This document shows positions 49,701 to 56,687 of a stretch of 64,000 nt of DNA, one piece after another; the first letter of the stretch is position 1; every line of letters starts with the position of its first letter. This DNA comes from an uncultured bacterium (GTDB lineage Bacteria > Omnitrophota > Omnitrophia > Omnitrophales > Aquincolibacteriaceae). The notes beneath the pieces were generated by a model. It was not told the origin of the DNA. It saw only the letters and a list, made by a program, of their open reading frames with translations, and did no database searches. The translations under genes were made by a program, and so were the position numbers. Location of the stretch: the NCBI GenBank assembly GCA_964445745.1, contig CAYULU010000001.1, positions 35,873 through 99,872 on the forward strand, read 5' to 3'.

Positions 49701-52700
49701 AGTAATTCCCTTGCCCAAAGAATGCGGCGTCTTCTGGAATCTTATGATCAACGAGAATTTTATGATCAACGACGCTACACCAGGGCACAAAAGGATGTTC
49801 TCTTGTCGCGGCTTATTCCCGTTGACCAGATCGATGCAATTTTGGCCCGAAGTCCGGACCTTAATGACGGCGTTGTGATTGAGATGCTGGACAGCCGCTT
49901 TTCTCTGATTCTTCAAATGGATCGCGCCATTGAAATTGCGGCAAGTCTGCGAGAGTTGGGCATTGTTTCTAGTCTGGCCTGGAGAATTTTGATCAAGCAG
50001 GGGACTGATCGGGCATTGTCTTGGGCCTCTGACGCACAGGCGGTCGTTGAAAGAATTAAGGACGCTCAAGGAGTGAACGGACAAAGAAATGCCTGGCTGA
50101 TGATTATGAATCACGGCATTGAAAAAGTGGAAGAAGCTGAACGTCGAGGGACACTTCCTAAATTGATGAACGCGTGGGACACACGCTCCGAGCTTCGCGA
50201 CAATGACATCCCCGAAGGGCTGAAAGAGGAGATTCAGAGGGCTTATGGCAGGGCTGGCGGGCCGGAGATTTTTGCAGAACATTTATCCATGGAAAATATT
50301 ATCCATCAGGTTCTGGAAGATTTTGGCAAAGACAACAACGTGAAGCTGGTAGAAGGAAAGGATTTTGAGCTTTTTTGGTACCGGCAGCGTTTTGGAATTA
50401 TCATGAAAAATGCCGAATCTAACAAATATAACACGGACGAGGTCAAAGCCGAAATTATTGAGCGACTTAAATCTTATTACCATAAGTATAAGCCCAAAAT
50501 AAATGTAAACGTTGAGCCTCTTGATGATGGAGTTGAAGTATCTTACCGGATCACTCCGGCCTCGCTGACGGAATTCGGAAAGTTTTTCGGAACGGCAGAT
50601 ATTCAATATTATGATGAAGGTCACAGATTCCCGAGGCCTTTTACCCCCGAAGAAATACGGGAGAAATTTGTCCATAAGGCGGAAATGTTCTTGAGAGGAA
50701 TGGAACTTTATGAGCTACCACCTGATGCAATCGAAAAATTCAAGAAGTGGGCATTGGGTGTTGTTGCCTCTGCACTTGCCAATTCGGACCGGTATGGACG
50801 GAAGGAGATTATCCGGACGGAGTCGATCAAGCGTAGTGTTCGTGAAAGACATGAGGACGGATACAGGTATACGACCTTGAATGCCATGAGGAAAAATGCT
50901 GAGGGAAGTGTTCTGTTTGATTTCTTGCTTCGTGAGTTACGTCGCCGCGAAAATGCCAAACGAGTTGTCTATCTAGCTCGCGGTGCGGGGAGCTTGAAGA
51001 AAGTCGCACGGTATGCGAATTGGTTGTTTTCTCCCGAAATTGTGCAGGGGGCTCGTGAGAATTTTCTTTTTATGCTTTCGCAGGATACCGAATGGGATGT
51101 TATTCGTGACATTAAAGATCTATTCCGATTTTCTCCTGAGACATACCTCCCGGGGGAAGGGGGCGATCCTGATGAGTTTGTGGAAAGCGTTTCCTATGAT
51201 GTCTTGGAAAGACAAGCGATGGAAATTCTTGAGGATTTAGACAATGGGAAGAGTCGTTTGATGCACGGACCAGGACTGGGTGCGCGGGAAATTAAACCTC
51301 ACGGCGAGGATGGAAAAGGCCCTAATCGATTTGCTCAGTTTTTTGACAGAATCTATGACTGGGTCAAGGAGGCAGGGATTGTGGACGGTCTTCAACCTGG
51401 GGAGACTATCCTGGTCGTGGATGAGTCTTCCAGCGGGACTTACCCCTGGATTTTGAAATATGTAATTGAAACACGATACCGCGCTGAGTTGGCAAAACGG
51501 TTGGGAAAACCTGTATCGGAGATCAAGCTCCAGGTTATTTTTTGGGCGGGCGGTCGATCGAATAATGACTATGGAATCGTAGGTTTTCCTATGTTTTACC
51601 CCAATGACTATAAGAAAACTTTTGGGTTCGGAGATTTTGCCAGCCACGCAATTAGCGTTGCAGGAGAAAATATGCCGCATCCGGTAAAGGTTGGTCGGTA
51701 CAGCAAGGGGGATGCGGATGAAGGGGAGTATGAGGTGGAAGAAACTGATGTGCTTTTGGGGGCTTACCTGAATTCGATGTTTATCTACAATGAAGTGGTG
51801 AAATTTTATAGCGAGCTGAATGGTATTGTGCTCAAAAAGGACAAAACCGAACAAGAGTGGAATCTGGTTTTGCATTACCTGGCACTTAAACTGCCCCCAG
51901 AGGTAGAGGTCACCCCTGCGGCGCTCGCCCGTGCGTCCGGATTTGCCTTAACGGCAGATGATATCCAGAAGGAACTGTCTCGCTCTGAAACGAGGGGGTC
52001 TGTTCCTTTGAAGGACGGGTTTGAGAAATTCGTTGAACGGGTGGATGTGATCCGAAGAGAATGGGACACTTCTGTAAAGAAAGCAGATGAAGGAAAACAA
52101 GGGGCTAAAGAATCATTCGCATCGGAAGCTGTCGTGAGTCTGGGCGCTTTAAAGAGTGGTCATCTTTGTCTGGTGCGAGGCAATTTTGACAAGCTGACTC
52201 AGGGTCTTCGTACCGCTCTGGATGCGGTCCGGGATGAATTTCCGGTATTTAAATCAGGGGATGAAACTGACCCATTATCGGGCGAGCTCAAAATGCTTAC
52301 TGAGCTTGTTCGCAATATCTCGCAACATGTCCAGAGTAAGGAAGGGATTGTGGCGATCCAGTTCGATAAGGAAGCCAAACGGTTGTATGTGGCAGCGATT
52401 GATCGAGGCGCCGGTTTTTCCTTCCGGACGCAAGGTGCTGAAGAAGCGTCTGGCATTGCAATTCGTGATGCGGGGCATTTTGTACAAAGTGGAATTAATC
52501 GTGTTGGCGAAGGAATTGGAATGAGAGCTGTTGTCCGGCAATGCGAACACGTTTTAATACGCAGTGGCGATAAAGAATGGTCTGATGAAGATCTTAAGTC
52601 GCAAGGGGTAATTCCGGGAGTTGAGCGAAAGGATGGTCTGCCGGGCTCTCTTGTTTCGGTGAGTGTTAATCTTGAGGAATCCATGCAGATCATTAATAAC

Positions 52701-54395
52701 GCGATAAAAATACGTATGATCGATAAAAAGTTAAAGGATCTTGCGAATGCGGTCGGCAACTTCTCGCGTTTTTCAGATCTTCGGTGGGAGTTTGCTTCTG
52801 AAATTCCCTGGCCTGAATTAGTAAGAGTTACGTCGCCGGAAGAACAATATCGTCCTCGAAATGGTGTGGACAGAACTTATGGCACACAAGAAAACCGCTG
52901 GAATTATTGGTCCAATCAAATTGACGTCCGTTATGCTTTCTTGCATCTGATCGGTAATGCCCTGGAGCAGAAGCGGCCTCTGACAATTAAAGAGGTTGAA
53001 AAATATCTACGGACAGCTCACCACCGATTAATTTTCGGGGTGAATGATCAATCGCCCTATTATTCTCCGACGTTGCTTAGCATGGGATTTCCTAATCCTG
53101 AGGTAGCTTTGAGAGCGGGCACTGGTAAACTTTACTTGACTAAAGAAGGCATTACCGGTTACACGCAAAAGCTCAACGTTCTTCTGGAGCGTTTAGCGCG
53201 GCCCAAGTTGACCGTTGAGGATATTATTCAGCCTCTCTTTGATCTTCATCGAGCTATCATTGTCCCGGAAGTGCCTCGAGAATCCAAAGGGGCCTTTGCC
53301 TTTCCATTCGCGAATAATTCATTTTCGATGAATCAAATCAATGCCGTAAGGCGTTTGCTGGGGCACGCCGGAATTTCTCACGACGGGATCGATTTTGCGT
53401 TGCTTCAGAACAGAAAGGATGTTACTCGCGCCTTAAAATATTTCACAGCTCTGATGCGCGGGGAATCGTACCCCTCCGATGAGAATGCCTTTGCCCCCAC
53501 AGTGGCAGGCTCAGCGCAGGCGCCTTCAGATGTTCGCCGCGCTGAGATCCGCGAATCTCCGGGATTTGAGCCTCTTGAACTGGAAGGGGAGTTGGAAGGT
53601 CAGTTGAAAGATCGGGGGTTTGCGCTTTTGGCGGAGCTTGAAAAACGGCCGGAGCTGAGGGATTATGTCCTAGGCTCGGAATTTGAAGAATTGGTCAAAA
53701 AACTGTTGGGAATCTTTGGGGATGTGGCAGTGTTTGTGAAGGGTGTCCGAGAGGCGATGATTCCTAAGATTTTGGCGGCTGAAACAGTGGATCTGGAACT
53801 TGCGAGTATCTTGCCGGATGCGATGTCAGCTTTGACAGCCACGTTGAAACAGGTTAAAGGAAATGTGACCATTGCCGTGGGTGATATGCTGGATGTCATG
53901 GATCAGTTTATAGAAATTCCAAGCGAGTATACAAGTCAGGTCAATGAAATTGGCGTGACGGGAATGTTGCACCCTAAGGTCCGGACTCTTTTGCGGGAAA
54001 GAGGCGTTACCATCCGATCCGTCAAGCCAAAGTGGAATTTTATTTCCCGAAATCAAAGCCAGGTACCTTATGTGACCGATACGAATTCCCTGGTTGAAAT
54101 GCTTGCCGGTGTTTTTGACCCGATTCTGGCGGATCAGGTCGAAACTGGGGATGTTTCGGTACAGCGCTATCGGGACCGATTTTTGATTGTGGCGGCGATC
54201 CATCTTGCTGATATCAGGAGAATCGGAAAGGCGATGAGCCAATCCGAGATACTGGACGAACTTTTGCGACGTCTCAACTTGAAGGAGCAGGAAGCGATGA
54301 TTGAGATCCGGGGAGGGAGGTTTGTCGTCTCCAGCACGGCGATCCAGCTTTACCTCAAGATGCAAGCTGAAAAATCCATCCAAAGGGCCGCTTAA
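43734..54395 (+). CDS. Giant multidomain membrane protein (about 3550 aa). Signal anchor plus TraB/GumN-like N-domain (paralogous to giant protein 2), a PG-binding domain, a processive GT2 glycosyltransferase with TM helices, and a GHKL-ATPase-like domain.
   Basis: 10.7 kb ORF. Track start is TTG at 43671; I prefer the ATG at 43734 (MSDKTIKNK plus hydrophobic helix plus SADA). PG_binding_1 LQTLGWYTGKVDRKDGPRTQSAVRTLQ. GT2 VILSPVFNERD...VIFVDDGSSDT...AIDGDS...FKQQRRWARAQ. GHKL ELVRNISQH...AAIDRGAGF...GEGIGM. Confidence 0.9.
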   Translation: MSDKTIKNKSVQFRVTALAVLVCFITTSVSLPVSADASSAGPAVPTLLPFAELTIPDELGTMTKAVGAQSVAAGDPGKTSVQDSSQRTVILIQDAHAVNDAQNKIQQIIAHLQTHHYADVLLVEGAQGRLDPTILRNYPDKNVKQRVINEYLERAELAGVESAAVLNDTLGRFEGAEDWALYSENFDAYQRAQAEKESLLDVLSGYEHKLEMENTGRINSRLEDFLKQWTGFRSGSVSFHDMLISLQEFSSLAKEGDGFSELKRILDALGYEKSSQPTALEPAVKKMAAEFKQKFANVMDVRDQANFYMNYQKFLTGQLGAGEMLSHLLRLGRKLGKEPRLSPEMRRLLGHTQTLAAIKGNRLFEELNRFLVMVAMSLAQNSDDVSTVERYEKLFILEDLVKLELTHHSISSLMKSGAHSTKVETSSRAPDLQAPDKIKVLNLDDFDLGFLSDFGLSVSDFEKRLQPAIDFYRAALERDRVFYERIKAVPESDRTIVLIAGGFHTSGIERLLRENQDSYAVVTPRIESLKGSENYFRVMNNDFSYQKYLGTTYYDGLIRHAIRKLTEGLGEAELRQTAKRWRDNLIRDLASQNRITDFGQYSHYLDDLNQVYAERFAKDLKPLTKEDILEVIKKELEKFKSDVLVSLRRQVEGDLQSTTAGIQGLEDQKESSGTKPSDLALDIPVSKPSMLSAALALAPRVPILKLPLSEVRQPTVVASDIPEALREPVSLEASGIEIGPGVGEEGSGRSETRVNDAVKEKIESIRAGLHQLLRWLVAKMAVGPWREKMLGFLLESDHVKILIDDGKKHQLKRYVAKYEPKTGRVYLSQVFPGHYSKESLLSHLPGAAQPEIYKGKGVELILGDDGRPYLSVKFDQPVLIVDSDQKILQSENIKPLLVPLPKVSETIAFLKKTVPGFSRWQKARVKALEQQKLEAARLWFNAGRFMARESKAFDKDGDVDTLEYGSSRFEVGISDSGEEIVVRVFNRDTGILDGILFYPFLVGAWFTAGQGYANEIPVLDPGLPPMALRFSLGDKGVYVSSVAEISVYLQADGVRSEELIPSFEEAVAKNPDYPGVLLPHTAGKIEKLKLFPLEQSPDMIGPPFHVNPEGPNAPYILRARAEVRSEDGRRPAGMISNVRKILMAGILSIAMMSSAIAMSPRSFGAFQGGLQTLGWYTGKVDRKDGPRTQSAVRTLQTILRDELGFTGIRVNGRYDDPATLAAVKELQRKFQELWTAKYRGGVDGVLGPATAPFFKRYLELLRKGREAQGLVGQGLSDSVVLPSYFLSDPATEVLNNPTLQAGFSGLGFQVIQRLLVSRQLVPKTQETRNFIYTYLYETHQIVQTAKQTLTDSEFQRVFHSKKSEMTLERVAQLAMFVFDLNNHESMGHVHIKNKRGSDFSQAQIVIGTRKELFQKNLFKKIAGVTETQPATSKEWEEFLVTGSSANRNRIAMVIIHFLRAPRGLSFEKLFPIDTVEGSKIWGKYYQTQSLEKAMRNFSERAKRFRDDWGQVTQYYLSHQRSEVRAEGSLPDDVRDSMLPEKLPNVVILSPVFNERDKLPEVLENIKQQKYLKNVIFVDDGSSDTTATFLRDSGVYFISFAKNAQKEGALLNALEILQNRYGLPDYFVAIDGDSYFGGENILAVLKKAIKEMEKGGNVARPIDIEAHLTARSGALEWLQGIHWYLTMGIRTIYSKISFFPPSLLGGGNIFKTQVFLDAVAKRKAGFEAGDVELNGIISSMGKVAKPLSTVRVRTEVFKKWNDFFKQQRRWARAQLEGTPNWFFAVFLSGLVLFDAFILWNLPAFLALTAVLAVASVFSVMLRYGVMQFQKFASAGSKRNLPEQQSIRVRFWRDVVLLSPLLALYETVNMFTMFNVATFQQLQAPKSIPPWTDTTATRSEIRSDEIDPNPNDYGLRRGRLSRDSEIMLGSLADYLSRNQIARDDANLIARTLVRMKPLSLELLRDWGVLTAEETRLVAAGDIGKIMISQDMSNSLAQRMRRLLESYDQREFYDQRRYTRAQKDVLLSRLIPVDQIDAILARSPDLNDGVVIEMLDSRFSLILQMDRAIEIAASLRELGIVSSLAWRILIKQGTDRALSWASDAQAVVERIKDAQGVNGQRNAWLMIMNHGIEKVEEAERRGTLPKLMNAWDTRSELRDNDIPEGLKEEIQRAYGRAGGPEIFAEHLSMENIIHQVLEDFGKDNNVKLVEGKDFELFWYRQRFGIIMKNAESNKYNTDEVKAEIIERLKSYYHKYKPKINVNVEPLDDGVEVSYRITPASLTEFGKFFGTADIQYYDEGHRFPRPFTPEEIREKFVHKAEMFLRGMELYELPPDAIEKFKKWALGVVASALANSDRYGRKEIIRTESIKRSVRERHEDGYRYTTLNAMRKNAEGSVLFDFLLRELRRRENAKRVVYLARGAGSLKKVARYANWLFSPEIVQGARENFLFMLSQDTEWDVIRDIKDLFRFSPETYLPGEGGDPDEFVESVSYDVLERQAMEILEDLDNGKSRLMHGPGLGAREIKPHGEDGKGPNRFAQFFDRIYDWVKEAGIVDGLQPGETILVVDESSSGTYPWILKYVIETRYRAELAKRLGKPVSEIKLQVIFWAGGRSNNDYGIVGFPMFYPNDYKKTFGFGDFASHAISVAGENMPHPVKVGRYSKGDADEGEYEVEETDVLLGAYLNSMFIYNEVVKFYSELNGIVLKKDKTEQEWNLVLHYLALKLPPEVEVTPAALARASGFALTADDIQKELSRSETRGSVPLKDGFEKFVERVDVIRREWDTSVKKADEGKQGAKESFASEAVVSLGALKSGHLCLVRGNFDKLTQGLRTALDAVRDEFPVFKSGDETDPLSGELKMLTELVRNISQHVQSKEGIVAIQFDKEAKRLYVAAIDRGAGFSFRTQGAEEASGIAIRDAGHFVQSGINRVGEGIGMRAVVRQCEHVLIRSGDKEWSDEDLKSQGVIPGVERKDGLPGSLVSVSVNLEESMQIINNAIKIRMIDKKLKDLANAVGNFSRFSDLRWEFASEIPWPELVRVTSPEEQYRPRNGVDRTYGTQENRWNYWSNQIDVRYAFLHLIGNALEQKRPLTIKEVEKYLRTAHHRLIFGVNDQSPYYSPTLLSMGFPNPEVALRAGTGKLYLTKEGITGYTQKLNVLLERLARPKLTVEDIIQPLFDLHRAIIVPEVPRESKGAFAFPFANNSFSMNQINAVRRLLGHAGISHDGIDFALLQNRKDVTRALKYFTALMRGESYPSDENAFAPTVAGSAQAPSDVRRAEIRESPGFEPLELEGELEGQLKDRGFALLAELEKRPELRDYVLGSEFEELVKKLLGIFGDVAVFVKGVREAMIPKILAAETVDLELASILPDAMSALTATLKQVKGNVTIAVGDMLDVMDQFIEIPSEYTSQVNEIGVTGMLHPKVRTLLRERGVTIRSVKPKWNFISRNQSQVPYVTDTNSLVEMLAGVFDPILADQVETGDVSVQRYRDRFLIVAAIHLADIRRIGKAMSQSEILDELLRRLNLKEQEAMIEIRGGRFVVSSTAIQLYLKMQAEKSIQRAA

Positions 54396-54520
54396 AAAGC
54401 TTTAACCAAAGGGCATGTGCCATCTTTCCTGATCGCTCCCTAACAGGATGCTAAAAAGGAGCTTTTTCATTAGCTGGCCATCAGCCGGCCAAGAAGATTT
54501 TCTGTCTTTATAAAAAATTT

Positions 54521-54529
54521 TGATACAAT
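54521..54529 (+). promoter_or_regulatory. Extended -10 TGaTACAAT upstream of the permease gene.
   Basis: About 30 nt upstream of the permease ATG in an AT-rich gap. Confidence 0.3.
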
Positions 54530-54559
54530 ATGCCCTTCAAAAGTGAAAGGATTTTTTAA

Positions 54560-55966
54560 ATGGAAAAATTCAAGATTCCTCTTGTCATTCTTGCGATCCT
54601 TCTGATCGGAGCGGGTCTGTTGCCGGAGGCCGGTTTTTCTCCGCAACAGGTCGTTTCAGTTCTTGTTTTTCTCGTGATTTTGTGCGGCACTCTTTTTTAC
54701 TGGAAGTTTCGTCTGGCGTTCGCATTTGCCGGTATTTCGATCTTGTTAGGCACTAAATTGATTGATGTCCCGCATATTATCGAGTTTGCGGGTCTTGATA
54801 TCATTTTGTTTCTGGTGGGAATGATGACGATCATTGGTTTCCTCGAAGAGAACCACTTCTTTGAGTATCTTGTGGCCCGTGCCGTCGACAAGGTGGGGGA
54901 ACGTCCTTATTGGCTGATTTCCATGCTCATGGGGATGGCGTTTTTTTCTGCGGCGCTGGTGGATGAAGTGACTTCCATTTTATTCATGATGTCGACCTTG
55001 TTTCATATTACCCGGCGTTACAAAATCAATCCGGTCCCTTTTTTACTGATGATCGTTTTTGCCACCAATATCGGAAGCAGTGCGACGGCTGTTGGCAATC
55101 CGATCGGAGTTATGATCGCTCTCCGCGCCAAACTGACCTTCCTGGATTTTTTGAGGTGGGCGGCTCCCGTGTCTGTGGTGTGTCTGCTGGTGACAGTGAT
55201 TTTGTCCTTTTTTCTTTTCAGGAAACCGATCCGTGAGTTAGGGGAAAATATGAGGGAGGAGGGGAACGAGCCTCACGAGCTAGAGCGTGTTCACTATACG
55301 CAAGCGGGGATTCGTCAATGCTGGCTACTTTTTTCGGCCACGGTGATCTGCCTCATTCTCCATCACAACATCGAAGAGTTTCTTCATCTGGAGAAGAACA
55401 CGCTTCTGATCGGAACGGCCTTGTTTTTTGCGGCGGTTTCAATTTTTTTGAAAGGGGCAGAGGCAAGAGACTTTTTCATGCGGCGTGTGGATTGGTGGAC
55501 GCTCACTTTTTTTATGAGTCTGTTCGCGTCGGTCGGGACTCTCAAATATGTCGGCGTGACGGAGCATATCGCTCAGGGGATGATCCGGATCGGTAGTGGC
55601 GGTGGATTTTTGCTTCTGAATGTTTTTACGGCCGCGATTTGTCTGTTGACGGCATTTATGGATAACGTTCTGGCGGTGGCGACGTTCTTGCCGATCCTCG
55701 CGGACATTCAATCTATCGGTGTCTATGTTTTTCCGTTTTGGTGGGCGATGCTTTTTGGGGGGACGATGTTCGGGAATGCAACGGTCATCGGGAGTACGGC
55801 CAACATTGTTGCCATGGGAATGTTTGAAAAGGAAACCGGCCAGGCTATCAAGTTTATCGATTGGCTCAAACCGGGTCTGGTGGTTTCTGCGGTGACGGTT
55901 CTTGTGGCCATGGGGTTGTTGTATCTGCAGTTTCCTCTGATGCCTGACGCGCCGGCTCACTTTTAA
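54560..55966 (+). CDS. ArsB/NhaD-superfamily anion/ion permease (citrate-transporter-like).
   Basis: Polytopic membrane protein with duplicated halves and FATNIGSSATAVGNPIGVMIA / ANIVAMGM hairpin-loop motifs typical of ArsB/NhaD permeases. AAAGGA SD. Confidence 0.7.
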   Translation: MEKFKIPLVILAILLIGAGLLPEAGFSPQQVVSVLVFLVILCGTLFYWKFRLAFAFAGISILLGTKLIDVPHIIEFAGLDIILFLVGMMTIIGFLEENHFFEYLVARAVDKVGERPYWLISMLMGMAFFSAALVDEVTSILFMMSTLFHITRRYKINPVPFLLMIVFATNIGSSATAVGNPIGVMIALRAKLTFLDFLRWAAPVSVVCLLVTVILSFFLFRKPIRELGENMREEGNEPHELERVHYTQAGIRQCWLLFSATVICLILHHNIEEFLHLEKNTLLIGTALFFAAVSIFLKGAEARDFFMRRVDWWTLTFFMSLFASVGTLKYVGVTEHIAQGMIRIGSGGGFLLLNVFTAAICLLTAFMDNVLAVATFLPILADIQSIGVYVFPFWWAMLFGGTMFGNATVIGSTANIVAMGMFEKETGQAIKFIDWLKPGLVVSAVTVLVAMGLLYLQFPLMPDAPAHF

Positions 55967-55977
55967 AATTACCTGAG

Positions 55978-56000
55978 GGGTCGGGGAGTTTTCCCGACCC
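55978..56000. terminator. GC-rich hairpin between convergent genes (GGGTCGGG gagtttt CCCGACCC). Possible bidirectional terminator.
   Basis: 8-bp perfect stem 12 nt after the permease stop. No clean U-tract on the + side. A partial AATTTTAAAA run on the minus side. A second smaller hairpin GCCCT...AGGGC follows. Confidence 0.35.
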
Positions 56001-56156
56001 ACTCACCCTTAGGGACGCCCTGCTGTATAGGGCGGCATCGAAGGGTCTCGTTAATGAGATTCTTTTTCGAAGCCCCGGTAGGATTTAGCTGGCGTTACCG
56101 ATGGACGGGAGCTCAGTCTTTTACGCGCCAACTTGCGGATTTAAGAAAACTACTGA

Positions 56157-56591
56157 TTATGCTGTCCCGCCCCGCTCGACCATAATGTAGGTTTCCCAAA
56201 GCGGTTTCCAGTCCAGGATTACCCGAATCCGGAGCAGGCAATCTTCCTTCACGATAAGATCCGCGGGAAATGCGTGTTTGTGCCAGCGGAAAAGAACGCT
56301 GGAAGTGACGGGTTCAATGTCCATCGGGGCGGTTTTAAGGGTTGGGCTGTCTGGTAGCTCGTATTCAATCACTTCCTTGTGAAATTGTTTGTCCTTTCGC
56401 CAGCAGGTGACGGCGTAGAGATTTTTAAGATGGCACGGGTACGAAGGGACGTGAAGATTGCTGAGACAGGACATCGCGTTGTAAGAGTCTCGCGGGCCGT
56501 CATTAAATTCGCGGCAGATCATGAATTGAAGCAGGCTGATCGTGTCATGGGTCATGCGGTGCATCATAATTGAAACCGATATCCTTTTCAA
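56157..56591 (-). CDS. Hypothetical protein (144 aa, Cys/His-containing). Only minus-strand gene candidate in the window.
   Basis: Fills a 720-bp gap between convergent and divergent + strand genes. No family recognised. Start ambiguous (TTG in the track; internal ATGs at codons 9-10). Confidence 0.35.
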   Translation of the reverse strand: MKRISVSIMMHRMTHDTISLLQFMICREFNDGPRDSYNAMSCLSNLHVPSYPCHLKNLYAVTCWRKDKQFHKEVIEYELPDSPTLKTAPMDIEPVTSSVLFRWHKHAFPADLIVKEDCLLRIRVILDWKPLWETYIMVERGGTA

Positions 56592-56605
56592 GATTTGAAC
56601 TCAAT

Positions 56606-56634
56606 TTGACCCTGTCTTGAAACTAACATATAAT
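56606..56634 (+). promoter_or_regulatory. Sigma70-type promoter for lysS (-35 TTGACC, 17-bp spacer, -10 TATAAT).
   Basis: Consensus hexamers with ideal spacing about 55 nt upstream of the lysS ATG. AAGGA SD 8 nt before the ATG. Confidence 0.55.
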
Positions 56635-56687
56635 GGCGTCTCCAATCGTCTTAAATCATTCCGAATCAAGGCATAAGGAAAAAACTC

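Noticed and set aside
55967-56160. Possible tRNA or other ncRNA in the hairpin-rich gap after the permease gene.
   Set aside because: No T-loop (GTTCRANYC), D-loop or acceptor-stem pattern. The hairpins are better explained as terminators for convergent genes.
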